64,000 nucleotides of DNA, from positions 1 to 64,000 of IMG/VR virus record IMGVR_UViG_3300002026_000072; one strand, written 5' to 3'. The notes below the pieces were generated by a model. It saw only the letters and a program-made list of their open reading frames with translations. It searched no databases and was not told where the DNA came from. The stretch is from a virus. Below are positions 45,219 to 53,117 of the stretch, piece by piece. The first letter of the stretch is position 1; the number at the start of each line of letters is the position of its first letter. Both the position numbers and the translations under genes were made by a program.

Positions 45219-46145
45219 CTACTCGATGTCGACGAAGCGCGGGTGGTTCATCGCCGCGTCGAGAGACTTGAGGTAAGGCTTGCGCTCCTTGCGGAACTTG
45301 GCGAACTCAAGACCGTCGATCTTGTCGTCGGCTGCAGCACGGTCGATGAACTTGCCGACTGCACGACGCGCGCCTTGCATGAGCTTGAGCTGCATGGTTG
45401 CAGGAAGATGATCGAATGGGTAGTACTCGTTGTCGTACGCGATGTCGCGTTTGGCATCCGTGAGGCGGAATGCGCGCAGCAACATGAGTAGTGCGACGCT
45501 GCGCTGCTTGTCCCAGTTCAGAGACTGCAGAGCCTTGGCCTTGGCCTTCATCTGCAGGGATTCAAGGATCTCCTTCTTGAGGTCAAGATCGCCCTCGGCT
45601 TCATCTGCTGCTAGATCTTCCCACTTGAGGTAGGTCGTGGGAGTCGCTGTACGCAGACGTGGGTTGGCGATGAACTCCTCAAGGTCAGGTTCCTGGTAGT
45701 CGGTCTTGCCATCTCCGAGGAGACGATGGCATTCCAGACGCAAGCTGTACAGGTTCTGCAGGAGCAGATGGTTGTCAGGTGCGTCGATGCCCATATCCAA
45801 CAACAACTGCTTGTTGTTCTCCATGGACTGGACGTAGTGCAAGAACTCGGAGTACGACTCCCACGGCTTGACCTCATCCTCGCCGACGTCAGCGTTGTAG
45901 AACTGGCTGAGCAGACGGCCGAGAGTGATGTTGATGTGCGCGTCGCAGCTGAACGCGAGGGAGTTCAACAGTTCGTTGCGCATCACTTCAGAGGTGATGG
46001 TGCGGATGTGTTCGACGAGGTCGAAGTCGAAGATCGTCTTGACCGCGGGGAGGGGATTGAAGAGCAGATCGCTCTTGCCCTCAGCCGCACGAGCAGCAGC
46101 TTCGGTAGAGGCGTGGGTATTGCTGATGAAATGAATGCGAGACAT
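45219..46145 (-). CDS. hypothetical protein (308 aa)
   Basis: Internal ATG (MSRIHFISN...) preceded by cggagctttcaa. Confidence 0.75.
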   Translation of the reverse strand: MSRIHFISNTHASTEAAARAAEGKSDLLFNPLPAVKTIFDFDLVEHIRTITSEVMRNELLNSLAFSCDAHINITLGRLLSQFYNADVGEDEVKPWESYSEFLHYVQSMENNKQLLLDMGIDAPDNHLLLQNLYSLRLECHRLLGDGKTDYQEPDLEEFIANPRLRTATPTTYLKWEDLAADEAEGDLDLKKEILESLQMKAKAKALQSLNWDKQRSVALLMLLRAFRLTDAKRDIAYDNEYYPFDHLPATMQLKLMQGARRAVGKFIDRAAADDKIDGLEFAKFRKERKPYLKSLDAAMNHPRFVDIE

Positions 46146-46213
46146 TTGAAAGCTCCGATGGTTGAGATTGATGTGAGCCCATGACGTGGTGCTCATACGC
46201 GAGTGCAGAAACG

Positions 46214-46253
46214 CACACGGGCTTGTGCCCAATGAAGGACACAAGCCCGTGTG
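46214..46253 (-). terminator. 14-bp-stem hairpin terminator
   Basis: cacacgggcttgtg/cacaagcccgtgtg, followed on the - strand by cgtttctgc. Confidence 0.55.
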
Positions 46254-46286
46254 AGTACGGGGGCAGCTGAGTCGCTGCCTGAGTTG

Positions 46287-46442
46287 TTAAGTGCGAGGCA
46301 TGAAGAACAGCGGGATACCTGACTGCTCTTCACGTTGCGAGAGGACGACGAATGGATCGGATGAGTCATCCGGTTCATCGACGTCATCATCGACGTCATC
46401 ATCGACGTCGAATCCAAGTTCGAGTTGGGGACGTGGTTTCAT
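46287..46442 (-). CDS. small highly acidic protein (51 aa)
   Basis: ATGA overlap with the upstream stop. DVDDDVDDDVDEPDD run. Confidence 0.5.
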   Translation of the reverse strand: MKPRPQLELGFDVDDDVDDDVDEPDDSSDPFVVLSQREEQSGIPLFFMPRT

Positions 46443-46720
46443 AGTTTGTGCTCCATGTTGATCACGCCAGAGTGGTAGCGCTTGTTCTCGACGTAGCCGA
46501 AAGCCCAGCGGCCTAACGACAACGTCAAGGAACAGAACAAAGCTCCCACTGCGGCGACCATGAGGCCACTGAAGGTGCCCCAGTGCAGCAGTGAGAGGAA
46601 AAGAAAAATCATCACATCGACAGCGAGTGGATTGCTCAGCATCCACATGCGGCGCGGCCACGAGAGCCGTGCGAACATGACGATGAGGCCAAGCCCCACG
46701 ACCACGCCCATTTCAAGCAT
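46439..46720 (-). CDS. membrane protein (93 aa, about 3 TM)
   Basis: Hydrophobic segments GVVVGLGLIVMF, VMIFLFLSLLHWGTF, MVAAVGALFCSL. Confidence 0.7.
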   Translation of the reverse strand: MLEMGVVVGLGLIVMFARLSWPRRMWMLSNPLAVDVMIFLFLSLLHWGTFSGLMVAAVGALFCSLTLSLGRWAFGYVENKRYHSGVINMEHKL

Positions 46721-47156
46721 GTGCGTTCTCCTTGCCGCCGAAGAACCCGCTGATGCGGGACTTCATCGTGCGCATATCAAACGCACGGGCTTGCTCAAAC
46801 ACCCACATGCCGCATGTGTACGTGGACATGACGACGAGGATCGTGCCGATGAACGCCACGAGAAACGTGACGAACGCAGAGCCGGTAAGCGACGCAGTCC
46901 ACAGCACGAGTGACGTGAGCCACTGCGCGCCGAAGAAGTATGCAGAGCCCGCAGCAATGAGGCCGAGCAACGATGCGACTGCAGTGCGCATCCAAGTCGG
47001 GCGAGCAGTGGACTGCATCCACTGATCAACCGCGACGCGTGCGCGCTCGAACAAGCTCTGTTCTTCGCTGACGTCCGCCGTGACTGGCGTGTCCTCGATG
47101 ATGGGTGTGACGACAGTCTTTGCTGCACGAGCTTTGGTAGTGGTACGTGATGCCAT
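46713..47156 (-). CDS. membrane protein (147 aa)
   Basis: cggagaactaccATG. Three to four TM segments in the C-terminal half. Confidence 0.7.
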   Translation of the reverse strand: MASRTTTKARAAKTVVTPIIEDTPVTADVSEEQSLFERARVAVDQWMQSTARPTWMRTAVASLLGLIAAGSAYFFGAQWLTSLVLWTASLTGSAFVTFLVAFIGTILVVMSTYTCGMWVFEQARAFDMRTMKSRISGFFGGKENAHA

Positions 47157-47256
47157 GGTAGTTCTCCGTTGGTTGAAAGTTGAGATGGCGCATGAACGCC
47201 GATGTGCACCGCAAGCGATGCACAGCGCTGTTCACAACAACGCAATCGCAAACCGA

Positions 47257-47281
47257 GTGAGCTTCGCGAAGCGAAGCTCAC
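47257..47281 (-). terminator. GAA-triloop hairpin, unit 3
   Basis: gtgagcttcgc-gaa-gcgaagctcac. The T/G-rich tail tcggtttgcgattgcgttgttgtg follows on the - strand. Overlaps the stop of the 39-aa gene. Confidence 0.55.
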
Positions 47282-47397
47282 AACAGTGCAGCGATAACCC
47301 ACAGCACGATGAGTGCCGCGTACACCATGAGGGCCAAACCAAAAACGCCCCGAAGGGCGCTCTTGATGTTGGCGTGATAGCGAGCGTTGGTCTTCAT
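47278..47397 (-). CDS. small membrane peptide (39 aa)
   Basis: MKTNARYHANIKSALRGVFGLALMVYAALIVLWVIAALL. Its ATG is 1 nt after the upstream stop. Confidence 0.45.
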   Translation of the reverse strand: MKTNARYHANIKSALRGVFGLALMVYAALIVLWVIAALL

Positions 47398-47398
47398 G

Positions 47399-47644
47399 TC
47401 AGGCTCCGACGCGCACGGACTTGCCGGTGCGCATGGCGAGTTCACGTGCGGCGGCAAGCGAGGCACGGAAGGCGAGCTGCTCAGCAGTCGGCGCCGGCGG
47501 TGTGTACACCGGGCGAGTAGGCTTGAGCGCAGGCTTGTTGGCGGACAGCTCAGCGACCTTAACGCGCAGCGCTTCGCGTTCCTTGTTGGCCTCGATCAAG
47601 AGGGCGATGAGCTCAGCCTTGGTGGCGGACTTGATAGTGGACAT
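47399..47644 (-). CDS. hypothetical protein (81 aa)
   Basis: taataggagttacctcATG ribosome-binding site. Confidence 0.65.
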   Translation of the reverse strand: MSTIKSATKAELIALLIEANKEREALRVKVAELSANKPALKPTRPVYTPPAPTAEQLAFRASLAAARELAMRTGKSVRVGA

Positions 47645-47688
47645 GAGGTAACTCCTATTAGGGTGGAAAGAACACAAGCGCACAACGA

Positions 47689-47713
47689 CTGAGCCCGCGG
47701 AACGCGGGCTCAG
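47689..47713 (-). terminator. GAA-triloop hairpin, unit 1
   Basis: ctgagcccgcg-gaa-cgcgggctcag, then tcgttgtgcgcttgtgttctttcc on the - strand. Confidence 0.55.
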
Positions 47714-47725
47714 TGGAGGAGGGGA

Positions 47726-47986
47726 TCAGACGGTGGCGTCGGCCTTGGCCTTGGCACGCCGGTACTGCACGATTGCCCATGCGATACCGTCGACCGTGTA
47801 GTCGGTGGCACGGTCAGCGATGACGGTGAGCTCCTCACGGAAGAGAACCGTGAGGAAGGCGGCGAGCAGGCAGCTGAGCCATGTCCAGAGGAAGACGCTC
47901 AACGAGCAGGCGAGGCCGAACGCAGCGATGGTGCCGACGGCAATGCGCATCGTGGTGCGGATGACGGTGATGGTGGATTCGTTCAT
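47726..47986 (-). CDS. membrane protein (86 aa)
   Basis: Internal ATG (MNESTITV...). Two TM segments. Confidence 0.65.
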   Translation of the reverse strand: MNESTITVIRTTMRIAVGTIAAFGLACSLSVFLWTWLSCLLAAFLTVLFREELTVIADRATDYTVDGIAWAIVQYRRAKAKADATV

Positions 47987-48032
47987 GGTGGTGTACCTAT
48001 CAGGTGGGTGAAAGAACACAACCGCCGAACGA

Positions 48033-48057
48033 GTGAGCGCAGCGAAGCGAAGCTCAC
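48033..48057 (-). promoter_or_regulatory. leader hairpin, unit 2 (imperfect GAA-loop hairpin upstream of the first early gene)
   Basis: agtgagc...gctcact stem, followed by the same cgtt..ggttgtgttctttcaccc tail as unit 1. Confidence 0.45.
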
Positions 48058-48190
48058 TGGTGGATAAGCATCCTTATCTCCCGAAGCGGAAACGGAATCC
48101 GAACCCGGTACGTCGAATGACGACCGGGTGATAAGAGCCTCACGAGGCTGGATCTGCAAAATTTTTTGCCAAAATTTCTGTGTCGAAATT

Positions 48191-48208
48191 CGACCTACCT
48201 TAGAATCC
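48191..48208. promoter_or_regulatory. Motif half-site copy (cgacctaccttagaatcc)
   Basis: Resembles 1562-1575. Lies 8 nt upstream of the terS ATG. Confidence 0.45.
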
Positions 48209-48215
48209 AAGCCTC

Positions 48216-48887
48216 ATGACCAAGCCCCAGCCACCAAACCCCGACGGACTGAACAACTTCGGCAATGGACGAGGCAAGAAGGTCGTCACTCGACCCCTCA
48301 CGAAGAAGCGCGGCGCTTCTAAAGACCGTGAACCCCACATCGCCGACAACCGCGCCAAATATCGCAACGCGACGAACATCCCGACAGCGGAAATCGCGAC
48401 GACGATCGACCCGAACAAGCCGCTGACCGAAAAAGCCAAGCTCTTCGTCAAGTACTGGGCGCAAGGCGAGTCAATTTCCTCAGCCTCTGCGCGCGCCGGA
48501 TACGGTGACGGGGCCTCTTACGCGTATAAGCTGGTCCATTTCCCGCAGGCGATCGCCCTCTACAACGCCGAAAAGGCCGCCTATGAGGAAGCCTCTCAAA
48601 TGACGCGAAAACGCGTCATGGACGGGCTGCTCGACGGCATTGAGATGTGCAAGATGACCTCGGACGGCGCGGGCGTGATCACCGGCTGGAAGACCGTGGG
48701 TCAGATGTGCGGGTACTTCGAGCCTGTGAAGCGTCGTTTGGACATCAACGTGACCGGTTCCATCGAGATGAACCGCTTGAACCGGCTTTCCGACGCCGAA
48801 TTGCTCCGAATCATCCAGCAGGGCGCCACGCAAGAGCTCGCACTGCTCGAAAACACGCCGGAGCCGGGGGAAGAGGATGAAGAGTGA
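48216..48887 (+). CDS. terS: terminase small subunit
   Basis: LTEKAKLFVKYWAQGESISSASARAGY HTH typical of Terminase_2-type TerS. Acidic tail. GTGA coupling to terL. Confidence 0.8.
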   Translation: MTKPQPPNPDGLNNFGNGRGKKVVTRPLTKKRGASKDREPHIADNRAKYRNATNIPTAEIATTIDPNKPLTEKAKLFVKYWAQGESISSASARAGYGDGASYAYKLVHFPQAIALYNAEKAAYEEASQMTRKRVMDGLLDGIEMCKMTSDGAGVITGWKTVGQMCGYFEPVKRRLDINVTGSIEMNRLNRLSDAELLRIIQQGATQELALLENTPEPGEEDEE

Positions 48888-50356
48888 CTCAAAACCCCCA
48901 AAGTCGCCCAAAACTGACCCCCAAAGCCCTCGCAGTTCAGCGTGAGCTGGCCGCTCGTGTCCTCGCTCGACGCCGTCTGATCCCGTTCACGCAGCGCATC
49001 AACCCCCGGTACATGGCCGGATGGGTCCACGAGGACATTGCGCGCCGCCTGGAGCGCTTCAGCGACGACGTCGCCAAGGGCCTGAGCCCCAGGCTCCTCG
49101 GGCGCCACCCAGACCACGAGATCATCGCCTGCTCGTACAACGTGAGCCTCGCCATGACCTTCAGCCGCAAGGTGAAGGACACGATCAACGACCCGGTCTA
49201 TCAGACGGTGTTCGACGCGCGGTTGAATCCAGATCACCAGAGTGCCGAGGAGTGGGGCGTGCAGGGGAGTCCGGGCGGCTACGTCGCCGCCGGCGTGGGT
49301 GGCGGTATCACGGGCAAGGGCTGTTTCTGCCTACTTATTGACGATCCGATCAAGAACGCTGAGGACGCTGACAGCGCAGACATCCGCGAGAAGTTGTGGG
49401 ACTGGTACGGCTCGACCGCCTACACGCGTCTTGCCCCCGGCGGGGGCGTACTTTTGATACAGACCAGCTGGCACGATGATGACCTCGCCGGCCGGCTGCA
49501 GATGGCCATGAAGGCAGACCCCGACGCGGACCAATTTGAAATAGTCAAGTACCCAGCCGTCGCTGAACATGACGAGTGGCTCGACCTCACCACGGACCAG
49601 ATCGTGCCCAAGGATGACCTGGAGGAGGGGTTCGAGGTCAAGCTGAACCGGATCAAGAAGACGATCCCGCCGCGGTTCTGGAGCGCCCTGTACCAGCAGA
49701 ACCCGGTGCCTGACGACGGCGCGTACTTCACGAAGGACCAGTTCAAGCGCACCCCAACGCCCAACGTCAAGCGGTGCAACGTCTATATCGCGTGGGACTT
49801 CGCGATCAGTGAGAAGAAGCAGAACGACTACACGGTCGGCACCGTCGGGCTGCAGGACGACGACGACATGCTGCACGTCGCGGAGGTACTGCGCTTCAAG
49901 TCCGGTGATATTTTCTTCATCGTGGAATCTATCTTGAATCTAAGTTCGAGGTGGTACAGTCCGCACCTGATATTGGGCTTTGAGGACGGGCAGATTTTCC
50001 GGGCTATCGAATCACTGCTGAAGCGCCGCATGCGCGAGCGGAGGGTCTACCCGGTCATCGAGGTGCTCAAGCCCCTCACCGACAAGATGGCACGGGCACG
50101 GGTCCTCCAGGGACGGATGCAGCAGGGCATGGTCAGCTTCAGCGACAAAGGCGAGTGGTTCGACACGGTCAGGGCGGAGATGCTGCGCTTCCCCGCCGGC
50201 GTCCACGACGACTGCGTTGACTCCGCCGCCTGGATGGCCGCCCTGGTCGTGAACCGCCCGCCGCCCGCCAAGCTCAAGAGCAAAGACCTCGGCTCCTGGC
50301 GCGACAAGCTCCGGGTTTCGCCCCACGTAGGCGGGGCAACACACATGGCGGCCTGA
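48884..50356 (+). CDS. terL: terminase large subunit, apparently lacking the Walker-A segment
   Basis: GGGITGKGCFCLLIDDP (Walker B region), TSWHDDDLAG, ALYQQNP, and nuclease-domain WDFA...VHDDCVD. The expected (I/L)xxPPRxxKS block between SPRLL and GRHPD (49091-49114) is absent. Confidence 0.85.
   Translation: MTQNPQSRPKLTPKALAVQRELAARVLARRRLIPFTQRINPRYMAGWVHEDIARRLERFSDDVAKGLSPRLLGRHPDHEIIACSYNVSLAMTFSRKVKDTINDPVYQTVFDARLNPDHQSAEEWGVQGSPGGYVAAGVGGGITGKGCFCLLIDDPIKNAEDADSADIREKLWDWYGSTAYTRLAPGGGVLLIQTSWHDDDLAGRLQMAMKADPDADQFEIVKYPAVAEHDEWLDLTTDQIVPKDDLEEGFEVKLNRIKKTIPPRFWSALYQQNPVPDDGAYFTKDQFKRTPTPNVKRCNVYIAWDFAISEKKQNDYTVGTVGLQDDDDMLHVAEVLRFKSGDIFFIVESILNLSSRWYSPHLILGFEDGQIFRAIESLLKRRMRERRVYPVIEVLKPLTDKMARARVLQGRMQQGMVSFSDKGEWFDTVRAEMLRFPAGVHDDCVDSAAWMAALVVNRPPPAKLKSKDLGSWRDKLRVSPHVGGATHMAA
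49937..49949. promoter_or_regulatory. Palindrome motif copy embedded in terL coding sequence (aatctaagttcga)
   Basis: Exact 13-mer match to 1548-1560. Encodes NLSS. Confidence 0.5.
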
Positions 50357-50357
50357 C

Positions 50358-50570
50358 ATGACCCCTGAACAGTTCATCTTCTGGATGCGCGGCTTCCTGA
50401 GCGGGTACGCCCTGGACTCGACTGTCGCCATACCGGCCAGCGTGCTGGCTCAGGCTCTGGCCCAGGTGGTCGCCAGCCCCACCCCTGCGAAGCCCGCCCC
50501 GCTGTGGGAGAAGGCGCAGTGGCCGGCGAACCCGACCATCACGTGCGGCACGCTCCCTGAAGGGTACTGA
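50358..50570 (+). CDS. hypothetical protein (70 aa)
   Basis: ATG 1 nt after the terL stop. Confidence 0.6.
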   Translation: MTPEQFIFWMRGFLSGYALDSTVAIPASVLAQALAQVVASPTPAKPAPLWEKAQWPANPTITCGTLPEGY

Positions 50571-50571
50571 C

Positions 50572-50949
50572 ATGACCACGCACGACAAGTCCAAGCCCTG
50601 TGCTGATGAGCTCATCGCCCGCTGTTTCGCAGCGCGCACCGCGACGCACTTCGCGCACCTCCGCACCCGCTCCTACGCTGCCCACGTGGCGCTCAAGGAG
50701 TTCTACGAGGACATCATCGACGCCATCGACGAGTTCGCGGAGTGCTACCAGGGTGTGTTTGGTGTGATCCCCAGCTACCCCGAGATCCCGGTCCACCCGG
50801 GCGAACTTACCCCCATCAAGGACCTGCGCGAGTGGCTCGCAGCGCACCGGGCTGATGCCGCCCGGGGACAGCGCGAGCTGGAGAACCTGATCGACGAGAT
50901 CACGGCTCTGTGTGACCGAGCGCTCTACAAGCTCGCCAACCTGAAGTAG
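50572..50949 (+). CDS. four-helix-bundle (Dps/ferritin-like) candidate (125 aa)
   Basis: Helical pattern THFAHLRTRSYAAHVALKEFYEDIID. The family assignment is tentative. Confidence 0.6.
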   Translation: MTTHDKSKPCADELIARCFAARTATHFAHLRTRSYAAHVALKEFYEDIIDAIDEFAECYQGVFGVIPSYPEIPVHPGELTPIKDLREWLAAHRADAARGQRELENLIDEITALCDRALYKLANLK

Positions 50950-50956
50950 GTCCGCC

Positions 50957-53116
50957 ATGCCACTTGATACTGGTACATCCATCAAAGTTTGGCACCGCTA
51001 CGCCTGGGCCAGAGACAACGGGCACGCAAAGTTCGTCGAGAAGGCGGACTTGTGCGAGCGTTACTTCGCCGGCGACCAGTGGGAGGCCAAGGACAAGGCC
51101 ACTCTCCAGGCCTCGCGCCGCCCGGCGCTGACGATCAACAAGATCATCAGCACGATGAGCAACGTGATGGGCGAGCAGATCTTCAACCGCAGTGAGATCA
51201 GCTTCCGGCCCCGGTCAGGCGCGCCGGAGGAGACTGCGGCGATCCTGGTCAAGGTGTTCAAGCAGATCAGCGACAACAACCAGCTCGACTGGAAGCGCAG
51301 CGACATGTTCGCTGACGGGGTGATCCGCAGCCGGGGCTTCCTGGACGTGCGGCTGGACTTCAACGACTCCATGCAGGGCGAGGTTCGCATCGAGAACCTG
51401 AACTCGAAGAACGTCATCATTGACCCGGACGGCGAGCACTACGACCCGGACACCTGGAACGAGGTGTTCGTGACGAAGTGGATGACCGCTGACGACATAG
51501 CGATCCTCTACAACCCCGAGGACGCCGAGGCGCTGCGCAACCGCGAGCAGAGCTTCTTCCCCTACGGCTACGACAGCATCCAGAGCCGCCGCGACCGCTT
51601 CGGGGACCGGTTCAACCCGATGTACAACGGCACGTATGACGAATCCTCGGTCATGCGGAACATCCGCGTCATCGAGCGCCAGTACCGCGTGCTGGACAAG
51701 CAGAAGCACTTCGTCAGCCCCGAGACGGGCGACATGCGTGCCATCCCGAAGGACTTCGACCGCAACAAGATCGCGTGGTTCGTCGAGAAGTTCGGCTTCC
51801 AGGTCGTGCCCAAGCTGGTGCACCGGATCAAGTGGATCGTGGTGGCCGACAACTTCGTGCTCCACGACGACTGGAGCCCGTACAAGCACTTCACGCCGGT
51901 GCCGTACTTCCCGTACTTCCGCTACGGGAACACGATCGGCCTCGTCGAGAACCTCACCGGGCCGCAGGAGCTGCTCAACAAGGCCACCAGTCAGGAGCTG
52001 CACGTGGTCAACACCACGGCGAACAGCGGCTGGAAGGTCAAGGCCGGTGCGCTGATCAACATGAGCATCGAGGAGCTGGAGCAGCGCGGTGCTGAGACTG
52101 GCCTCGTACTGGAGACCGCCGGTGATCCCGACAAGGACTTCGTCAAGATCACCCCGAATGCCGTACCGCAGGGGCTGGATCGGGTTGCGTTCAAGGCTGA
52201 GGAGTCGATCAAGACGATTTCTGGCGTGTCCGACAGCATGCAGGGTTTTGATCGCGAGGATGTTGCTGCGAAAGCGATTCAGGCCAAGCGTCAGGCTGGA
52301 TCTACCAATCTCGCGAAGCCGCTGGATAGCCTCGTGCGTACGGATTACATCCTCGCCCGTAACGTACTGGACCTCATCCAGGAGTTCTACACCGAGCCCC
52401 GCCTGCTGACGATTACGCACGACAAGATTACCGGCGAGACTGAGACCTTCGGGATCAACCAGCCCAACCCCGAGCCGATGACCGGGGAAGAAGGCTCTCC
52501 GTACCAGGAGATCCTCAACGACCTCACGCTCGGCGAGTACGACGTCGTCATCAGCAGCGTGCCGCAGCGCGAGACCCTGGAGGACAGCCAGTTCGAGCAG
52601 GCCATGAGCATGCGCGAGGCCGGCGTCAGTATTCCCGACGACGTGTTGATCGCTGCCAGCCGCTTGATCAACAAGAAGGAGATCGTCGAGAAGATGAACG
52701 CCGCTGCGAACAGCCCCGAGGCTCAGCAGCAGCAGCAGCTCCAGCTGCGCGCCATGGAGGCTGAGGTCGTCAAGACTGAGGCTGAGGCGCAGAACAAGAC
52801 TGCGGACACCGGGCTGCGGCAGGCGAAGACCCAGAAGGAGATGGCCACAGCCCAGAAGGAGGCCGCCACGCCTCCCGAGGACAACGGCCTCCAGGTGAAG
52901 ATGATGACCGCCCAGGCGGACATGGCCCTGGAGACTCAGAAGTTCGAGCACCAGAAGGAGCTCGACTACGCCGAGCTGCACCACAAGATGCAGATCGAGC
53001 GCCAGCAGGCTCAGCAGGACGCGCAGCTCAAGGCTGAGCAGGCCGCCACTGAGCGGCAGATCCGCATCCAGCAGGCTGCGAACCCACAACCTCAACCCAC
53101 TACCCAAGGAGCCTGA
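50957..53116 (+). CDS. portal protein
   Basis: 719 aa directly after the terminase genes. Long Gln/Glu/Ala helical C-terminal extension (barrel-like). Confidence 0.85.
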   Translation: MPLDTGTSIKVWHRYAWARDNGHAKFVEKADLCERYFAGDQWEAKDKATLQASRRPALTINKIISTMSNVMGEQIFNRSEISFRPRSGAPEETAAILVKVFKQISDNNQLDWKRSDMFADGVIRSRGFLDVRLDFNDSMQGEVRIENLNSKNVIIDPDGEHYDPDTWNEVFVTKWMTADDIAILYNPEDAEALRNREQSFFPYGYDSIQSRRDRFGDRFNPMYNGTYDESSVMRNIRVIERQYRVLDKQKHFVSPETGDMRAIPKDFDRNKIAWFVEKFGFQVVPKLVHRIKWIVVADNFVLHDDWSPYKHFTPVPYFPYFRYGNTIGLVENLTGPQELLNKATSQELHVVNTTANSGWKVKAGALINMSIEELEQRGAETGLVLETAGDPDKDFVKITPNAVPQGLDRVAFKAEESIKTISGVSDSMQGFDREDVAAKAIQAKRQAGSTNLAKPLDSLVRTDYILARNVLDLIQEFYTEPRLLTITHDKITGETETFGINQPNPEPMTGEEGSPYQEILNDLTLGEYDVVISSVPQRETLEDSQFEQAMSMREAGVSIPDDVLIAASRLINKKEIVEKMNAAANSPEAQQQQQLQLRAMEAEVVKTEAEAQNKTADTGLRQAKTQKEMATAQKEAATPPEDNGLQVKMMTAQADMALETQKFEHQKELDYAELHHKMQIERQQAQQDAQLKAEQAATERQIRIQQAANPQPQPTTQGA

Positions 53117-53117
53117 T

